A DNA stretch of 64,000 bases, taken from contig OZ244960.1 of the NCBI GenBank assembly GCA_965222605.1, positions 5,888,001-5,952,000 of the forward strand, read 5' to 3'. Source of the stretch: Candidatus Latescibacterota bacterium. GTDB taxonomy: Bacteria > Latescibacterota > UBA2968. The number at the start of each line of letters is the position of its first letter. Position 1 is the stretch's first letter. Both the position numbers and the translations under genes were made by a program. Positions 58,358 through 64,000 of this stretch are shown piece after piece. The notes below the pieces were generated by a model. That model worked only from the letters and a program-made list of their open reading frames with translations, did no database searches and was not told where the DNA came from.

Positions 58358-59533
58358 ATGGATGAAATACGCATCGGTATTGCCGGATTGGGCGGCCGTT
58401 CTCAGCGCTGGATCAGTACCCTGCTAAAGATGTCGGGCTACCGCATCACGGCACTCTACGACTGGATTGAGCCGCTGCACGAGCGGGCGTTGTCCCTGAT
58501 CGAGTACCGGAACGATGTCGTGGTGTTCAGCGACTACGAGGATTTTCTGTCCTGTGGGGATATGGACGCGGTCGGTCTGGTTGTCCGCCGGAAGGACCAG
58601 GGAGCGATGGCGGCGCAGGCTCTGGAGGCGGGGAAGCATGTGAATATGGAGGTTCCCGCCGCACATACAATGGAGGACTGCTGGCGTATCGTAACGGCGG
58701 CGGAACGCACAGGGCGGGTTTATCAGCTTGCGGAACAGACGCGCTACTGGGGATTTGTGGATGTCTGGCGGGACCTGGTGGCTGAGGGACGGTTGGGACA
58801 GGTGACCTATTGCGAGGGGCAGTATATCGGCTATTACGGCACGCGCCAGTTTTTTCAGGACTACAAGACAGGCCAGCAGTGCCGCGTGGAAGAGCTTCCG
58901 TCGCATCCAGAGGCAGAACCGACGTGGCTGCACCTGATGCCGCCGATTCACTATCTTCCGCACGAGTTGAGTCCGATGCTGAAGGTTCTGGATGACCGAG
59001 TCGTTGAGGTAACGGCGATGAGTACCGCGTCGCCCAGCTATTCGCACCCAGAGATCAATCAACCGGATATTCAGGTCGCATTGATGAAGACAGAGAAGGA
59101 CAGGCTGTTGCGGATGGCGGTCGGATTTATGCAGAAGATCCCGAGCCGCAGGGGGCATCACTGGTACCAGATCATCGGGACGAGAGGATGTGTGGAGTGG
59201 AAGCGGTCGGAAAAGGGGCGCCCTCTGATGTGGCTGGCGGATTCCCAGATGCACGATCTGGCCGAAATGGACTGGCGGTTTGAGCGCACCGATGCGCCTG
59301 CAGAAGCGCACGGCAGTGGCCATGGGGATGCAGACTATTACGTTCACACCGCTTTTTGGAATGCCGTGGTTGGAAATAAGCCTCTGGAGTTCGACGTGTA
59401 CAGGGCGATGGAGACGGCCGCGCCTGCGGTTCTGGCTGCGGAGTCCATCGCCCGGGGAACCGAGTTGATGAAGGTTCCCGATTTTCGTCCGAACAGATCG
59501 CGGGCTCCCGGGCAGATGCCAGAAGGAGTTTGA
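58358..59533 (+). CDS. Gfo/Idh/MocA oxidoreductase (GH109-like)
   Basis: IGIAGLGGR, GKHV.MEVPA, EGQY, GHGDADY. Confidence 0.85.
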   Translation: MDEIRIGIAGLGGRSQRWISTLLKMSGYRITALYDWIEPLHERALSLIEYRNDVVVFSDYEDFLSCGDMDAVGLVVRRKDQGAMAAQALEAGKHVNMEVPAAHTMEDCWRIVTAAERTGRVYQLAEQTRYWGFVDVWRDLVAEGRLGQVTYCEGQYIGYYGTRQFFQDYKTGQQCRVEELPSHPEAEPTWLHLMPPIHYLPHELSPMLKVLDDRVVEVTAMSTASPSYSHPEINQPDIQVALMKTEKDRLLRMAVGFMQKIPSRRGHHWYQIIGTRGCVEWKRSEKGRPLMWLADSQMHDLAEMDWRFERTDAPAEAHGSGHGDADYYVHTAFWNAVVGNKPLEFDVYRAMETAAPAVLAAESIARGTELMKVPDFRPNRSRAPGQMPEGV

Positions 59534-59535
59534 GC

Positions 59536-61242
59536 ATGCGTGTCGGCATTTTATCCGATCGACCTGATCTTTCGGCCTATCTGGCAGAGATGTTCAATAC
59601 GTGGGGATTGGTCCTGTACGAGGTGGTGGGACCGGACCAGATTTCAGATTTGGATCCCGAAGATGTGCCAGTGGTGGTTTGCCCTGCGTCTCGAGGTAGT
59701 CGTTCCCTGGTCGATTTTACGCGCCGAGGTGGGACGGTGATCTGCTTTCTGCCCGAGGGTCCTCTGGCCGAGGCAGCCGGACTTGTGTATGAGGGGGAAA
59801 AGGATGTGCCGTTGCGGCTGCGCGTTACCGCGTATCCAACCGCGGGGATAGCGGGGGAGCGATTTCCAATTGTGGGCCGTGTGAATAACTACAGGCAGGC
59901 ACCTGAGGTTCAGGTGCTGGGCTATCTTTCTTTTTCCGACCGCTATGAAGGAGAAAGTGTCGGGATTACAGAGACAGCGGTGGGGCGGGGGAGGATTGTG
60001 GCATTCGCGTTTGATCTGGCCCTCTGTGTATTATTGCTGCGGCAGGGCGACCCGAACCGCGCCGAGGTGATTCCCGAGGGCACCGGGTGCGCCCGCCCGT
60101 CCAGCATGGCAAGCGATATGGGTCCTTTGGACTCAGGCTGGGTTCCCTTTGCTGATCTGCTTTCCAGGCTGTTAGTGGATATGGTGCGGCGTTACCTGCC
60201 GGGGCCTGTGCCACTCCTGTCGCATTTGCCGGGGATGGCGCCTGGCATCCTCCTTTACTCCGGTGATGAAGACAATGCGGACGTGGCCAGCAATGATGCG
60301 GAATTCGGGGATGTGGCTGCCGCAGGCGGGCGCATGAATCTCTACATTATTCCGGACCGGACCCAATCTACGGCATCGGATGTGGAGAGGTACCGCGCCC
60401 AGCACGATGTGGGGCCTCATCCGAATCTCCGTCCGTTGGACGGGTGCCCTGTGTCGGAACGTCTAACAGAGTTCGAGCGGCAGATCCGGATGTTTCAGGA
60501 CCGGTTCGATACGTCCGCGCGATCCCTGAGGAACCACTGCACAGCCTGGGCCGGGTATCTGGAACCGGTCGAGGTTATGGAGAAACTGGGTGTGGGTATG
60601 GATGGGAATTACTTTTCCGGCACGTATGGATACAGCCGGGAGGATGCGCCGTATGCTGCATTTGGAGGAGCGATGCCGATGCGTTTCTGCTGGCCAGATG
60701 GCCGGGTGCTCAATGTCTTCCAGCAGCATACGCAGCTTGCAGATGATATTATGTTCGGGACCGCAGACTATTCCTACCGGCTGTCGCCGCAGGTCTTTGC
60801 CGCTGTGCTGGATCGGATTTTCACGGATATTCAGACCCGCTTACACACGCCATATGGCGTGTGTATTCACCCCGGCAACTGGGTGAGGTTCTCGCGGCCT
60901 CAAGGAAGGGAATTGCTTCGCCAGGCGAATGAAAGGCGATTCCCAATCTGGTCTTTCGACCAGTGGTTGGCGTTCTGGGAGGCACGCGATACGTGGCGGT
61001 TCAACGGGATGACCCGACAGGGATGCAGGCTGCAATTCGCGCTTGAGGGAGAAAGATCACACGACGCTCTCTGCTTTGCGATTCCAGTAAAAGACGCGGA
61101 GACATCTCTCGCTGAGGTGATGCTGGATGGGGAGATTGCAGAGTGGCAGACGGTCCGGCGCTACGGTGAGGACCTCGCACTTGTGCCTCTACCGGCCGGG
61201 AAAACGGCTATATCGATTAGCGTTATGTATGGCAGTGTATGA
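59536..61242 (+). CDS. Hypothetical protein with GATase-like N-part and NodB/polysaccharide-deacetylase-like domain
   Basis: G.GRIV.FAFDL, GDED, GPHP, RNH, IHP motifs. Confidence 0.6.
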   Translation: MRVGILSDRPDLSAYLAEMFNTWGLVLYEVVGPDQISDLDPEDVPVVVCPASRGSRSLVDFTRRGGTVICFLPEGPLAEAAGLVYEGEKDVPLRLRVTAYPTAGIAGERFPIVGRVNNYRQAPEVQVLGYLSFSDRYEGESVGITETAVGRGRIVAFAFDLALCVLLLRQGDPNRAEVIPEGTGCARPSSMASDMGPLDSGWVPFADLLSRLLVDMVRRYLPGPVPLLSHLPGMAPGILLYSGDEDNADVASNDAEFGDVAAAGGRMNLYIIPDRTQSTASDVERYRAQHDVGPHPNLRPLDGCPVSERLTEFERQIRMFQDRFDTSARSLRNHCTAWAGYLEPVEVMEKLGVGMDGNYFSGTYGYSREDAPYAAFGGAMPMRFCWPDGRVLNVFQQHTQLADDIMFGTADYSYRLSPQVFAAVLDRIFTDIQTRLHTPYGVCIHPGNWVRFSRPQGRELLRQANERRFPIWSFDQWLAFWEARDTWRFNGMTRQGCRLQFALEGERSHDALCFAIPVKDAETSLAEVMLDGEIAEWQTVRRYGEDLALVPLPAGKTAISISVMYGSV

Positions 61243-61259
61243 AGCGCGGGGTTACTCAG

Positions 61260-64000
61260 ATGAGTCAGATCGCACTGGGGTTGCCTTTGAAGTGGATAAC
61301 AGGTGGGCGACAGATCGGCGTTTTCGGTTCTTATCGCCTGGGTGCGACTTTATTTATTGCAGCAGCAATTCTGACAGCGCATAACTGCATTGCAGATGGT
61401 GCTCAGGATAAGGGAGAGAAGACAGTGACAGTTCAACGCGACGCCTATCTGGTCAACGCAGACCTGTCGAAGCTGGAGGGGGAGGGACCGCGGGGATGGG
61501 AGGTAGAAGGCGATTTCACGTATGATGCGGGGCGACAGGTTGGCACGTTGAAATACGGGGTATCCGCCCGTCTGGTGCAGGAGGTGAAGTTGCTCCCCGG
61601 CCATTATCTGCTGCAGGTGGTGACACGCACGAATTCGAATGAGGCCAGGCTGTTTGCCGACGCGCTGGATTACGATGTAACGGATACGAACTTCATCTCA
61701 CCGGGTTACGGGCTTTTCCGGATTCCGGTCGGTGTTTCGAAGGGCTTCAAGACTGTGAAGCTGCCGTTCTACGTCGAAGACGGTGGGGAATTGGAGAGCG
61801 TGACCCTCGGTCTGCAGGCGCGAGAGGCCAGGGCCGGTCTGGAGGGACAAGACCGGAAGCCGAAGCTGATTGAGATCAAGACGATATCCCTCAGCCGGCT
61901 TGGGGACACAGAACTGAAGCGGCGCTGGGCGCAGAATCTGCCGGTGGACCGTACTCACGGGTTGACTGGGCTGCGGGAAGCGGCCGACTTCAACCGGCCC
62001 GGGTTTGCGATCTTCACCGATACTTATACCGGGGCGGAGCTCTGGTTGATTACGCAGGGCCGGAGGTCGCACCTGCAATACCCCGGGGTATCGTATTTCA
62101 GCGACAGCGGCAAGTACGTTTTTGTGTCCAATCCCGGCATCGTCTTGAGGACGGACGGGTCTGCCCGGTTTACGGGCTACAAGCGCAAGCGCGGCGGCAC
62201 GCCGTGGCTCCCTGCGTGGTTGCAGAAGCAAGTGCCGCCGGGAACCGATTCCGATGACTGGGTGGAGGTGGAGACCACCTCCGAAGCCGTGACCCTGCGC
62301 AACTTGATCACGCGCGACGAAATGCGCGTCGAGATTCCCACCCGGGACGGCTGGACCCTGGCTTTGCTGCCCTCCGTGAAGAGCCCAATGCTGGAGCGAC
62401 AGGGTGCGCCGAATGAGACGCTGGTCTGGGTCTCAAACGACAAGCGCACCATCGGTCTATCCGATGTCAGCGGGAGAGATTTTCGCGAGGTCCCGGTGAA
62501 GACCCACTCGGCCGACCCCGAGAAGGATTACCTCAACGAGCCATTCTGGTGCAAGGGGTGGGACGGCGGCTGGTACGTCGGCTACGTCCTCAACTGGCTT
62601 CCGCTGCACAATCAGATTCTCAAGACCCCGGAGAACAGCATTAATCCCGGGCAGGTCTGGGTGCTGCCGATTTCCAGGAACGATTCCAGGGGACCGCTGT
62701 ACGTGACGGGCGGCTTCGAGAAACTGCAGGGCATGAGGCTGGAAGACGGGTTGGTTGTGCAGCGGGCAGAGGCCTTAGTTGGCGGGCACAAGGCGATGGA
62801 TGGGTCCCTGCGCTACCGGATGGACGCATCTAAGGTCAATACGCTGGCTGTGGAGAACATTGAGACGGGGGAGGTGACGTATATCGGCTCATACCCGTGG
62901 ATGGAGCACATCGAGTGGAGCCAGAGCTGGGAGTTCGGGTCCATAAGGGGTGAACTGGCTTCGCAACCGCTTCTGTTCTTCGACCTGAAACACCGGGCGT
63001 TGTGGCCGATTGCGGTGATGAATTTCTACGACTACGGACAGCGGTTGAAGGACTACCGCGACGGCCAGAGGCTCGGCACGGAGCGGAAGGGGTACATCTT
63101 CTGGTCCGGTCAGACGTGCAGTCCAGACGGAACCAAGATAGTCTATGCATCGGCCATGCTTGCCTATAGCATGCGCGACAAGGGAGATGTGTACATCGCG
63201 GTGGCCCGTTATCCACAGCCGCCTGTCAACGTGCGGTGTGAGGGGAAGCGCCTTGTCTGGGACCGGCCGCTCCGCCATAGAGAGATCCAGGGATTCAATA
63301 TCTACCGATCCGATTGGAGCGGTGTGGGATACCAAAAGCTTCATTCGAAGAGGGTTGAGGGGTTGAGCTATGAACTGTCTCGAGGAGAGGAAGAGGGCTT
63401 CTATGTCCTGACCTCCGTGGAGCACTCCGGGCTGGAGAGCCGCATGTTTTCCAACGAGGTGGTCGTGGGCCCCGGCCGCACTGTACGCCATTTCTACGAG
63501 GCCGAGATCGCGGAGTTCGAGCAGCCTCTGACGCTGGTTTTCGATCCCGAAGAGGCCGGGAACGGCTACGCTCTGGCGATCACGGATCCGGACCTGCTCT
63601 ACCGGGACCGTCTGCGGAAAGGGTTGCGGGGAGTTGGGAAACTTCAGATTTCGATTCCTTTCTCCCGTTCGTACAGGATTTTTGGCCGCGTTCGATCTCT
63701 GTCAAAAAGCGCACGCGGCTGTTTCAGCATTGAAGTAAGCGGTGTGGCCGCTGGAGAATTGGGCGTTGAAAAACCGGTCTGGCACTGGGTGGAACTGAAA
63801 GGCGGTCTGGCGACGCTGTCTGCCGGGAATGTGGCACTGCGGTTTGCTACCTCAACTGTTGATATCGCTCTGGACAAGATTCTGGTGACCAACGATCTTG
63901 ACTTCGAGCCGAGAGAAAAGGGCAACACGCCGATGGAACCGCCTTCAATGCCGTCCGAGATTCGGGTTGAAAAGGCCGTCTTGAAACCAGCCGAAAAGCC
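61260..64000 (+). CDS. Large exported multidomain protein (beta-propeller, FN3, CBM-like), runs off window end
   Basis: Manual translation of both ends is in one frame: MSQIALG..., FTDTYTGAELW, SPDGTK, GFNIYRS, LDKILVTND; at least 913 codons; missing from ORF track because no stop in window. Confidence 0.8.
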   Translation, partial: MSQIALGLPLKWITGGRQIGVFGSYRLGATLFIAAAILTAHNCIADGAQDKGEKTVTVQRDAYLVNADLSKLEGEGPRGWEVEGDFTYDAGRQVGTLKYGVSARLVQEVKLLPGHYLLQVVTRTNSNEARLFADALDYDVTDTNFISPGYGLFRIPVGVSKGFKTVKLPFYVEDGGELESVTLGLQAREARAGLEGQDRKPKLIEIKTISLSRLGDTELKRRWAQNLPVDRTHGLTGLREAADFNRPGFAIFTDTYTGAELWLITQGRRSHLQYPGVSYFSDSGKYVFVSNPGIVLRTDGSARFTGYKRKRGGTPWLPAWLQKQVPPGTDSDDWVEVETTSEAVTLRNLITRDEMRVEIPTRDGWTLALLPSVKSPMLERQGAPNETLVWVSNDKRTIGLSDVSGRDFREVPVKTHSADPEKDYLNEPFWCKGWDGGWYVGYVLNWLPLHNQILKTPENSINPGQVWVLPISRNDSRGPLYVTGGFEKLQGMRLEDGLVVQRAEALVGGHKAMDGSLRYRMDASKVNTLAVENIETGEVTYIGSYPWMEHIEWSQSWEFGSIRGELASQPLLFFDLKHRALWPIAVMNFYDYGQRLKDYRDGQRLGTERKGYIFWSGQTCSPDGTKIVYASAMLAYSMRDKGDVYIAVARYPQPPVNVRCEGKRLVWDRPLRHREIQGFNIYRSDWSGVGYQKLHSKRVEGLSYELSRGEEEGFYVLTSVEHSGLESRMFSNEVVVGPGRTVRHFYEAEIAEFEQPLTLVFDPEEAGNGYALAITDPDLLYRDRLRKGLRGVGKLQISIPFSRSYRIFGRVRSLSKSARGCFSIEVSGVAAGELGVEKPVWHWVELKGGLATLSAGNVALRFATSTVDIALDKILVTNDLDFEPREKGNTPMEPPSMPSEIRVEKAVLKPAEK

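Noticed and set aside
47422-59347. Long minus-strand ORFs (47422-48657, 53004-54161, 57227-58330, 58424-59347)
   Set aside because: Fully antisense to well-supported genes in GC-rich DNA, no motifs

Overview
Bacterial, gene-dense accessory-type window. The lineage is probably a heterotroph of the Latescibacterota/Gemmatimonadota/FCB neighbourhood; this is inferred only from gene content (sulfatases, DUF6785-type membrane protein, GWxTD protein, TonB receptor plus PorV-like protein). 1-11.4 kb: sulfatases, three enolase-superfamily enzymes, an SDR and an MDR dehydrogenase. 11.4-33 kb: a mosaic with an AAA-DUF4143 ATPase, an internally deleted rhamnogalacturonan lyase, and a zinc-ribbon/DEAD-box helicase split by an IS982-like element. 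The helicase lies downstream of a promoter, a degenerate tRNA-Asn-like element and a terminator. This stretch also has a phyH-like gene and a diverged partial copy flanking an ABC exporter pair, two intact inverted tnpB (IS200/IS605, IS1341-type) elements whose ends, TTAT target motif and guides can be read by comparing them, a HicAB-like pair and an sxtJ/I/K-like carbamoyltransferase triad. 33-64 kb: a two-component system, a TPR-GWxTD protein, a 21-blade beta-propeller, then a long operon of OMP barrel, TonB-dependent receptor, FN3/T9SS-CTD-like protein, PorV-like protein and glycan/sugar catabolic enzymes, with no SusD. A 68-bp promoter element is shared between the response regulator and this operon. 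No CRISPR array, rRNA or intact tRNA was seen. All family calls are by eye from motifs; no searches were run.
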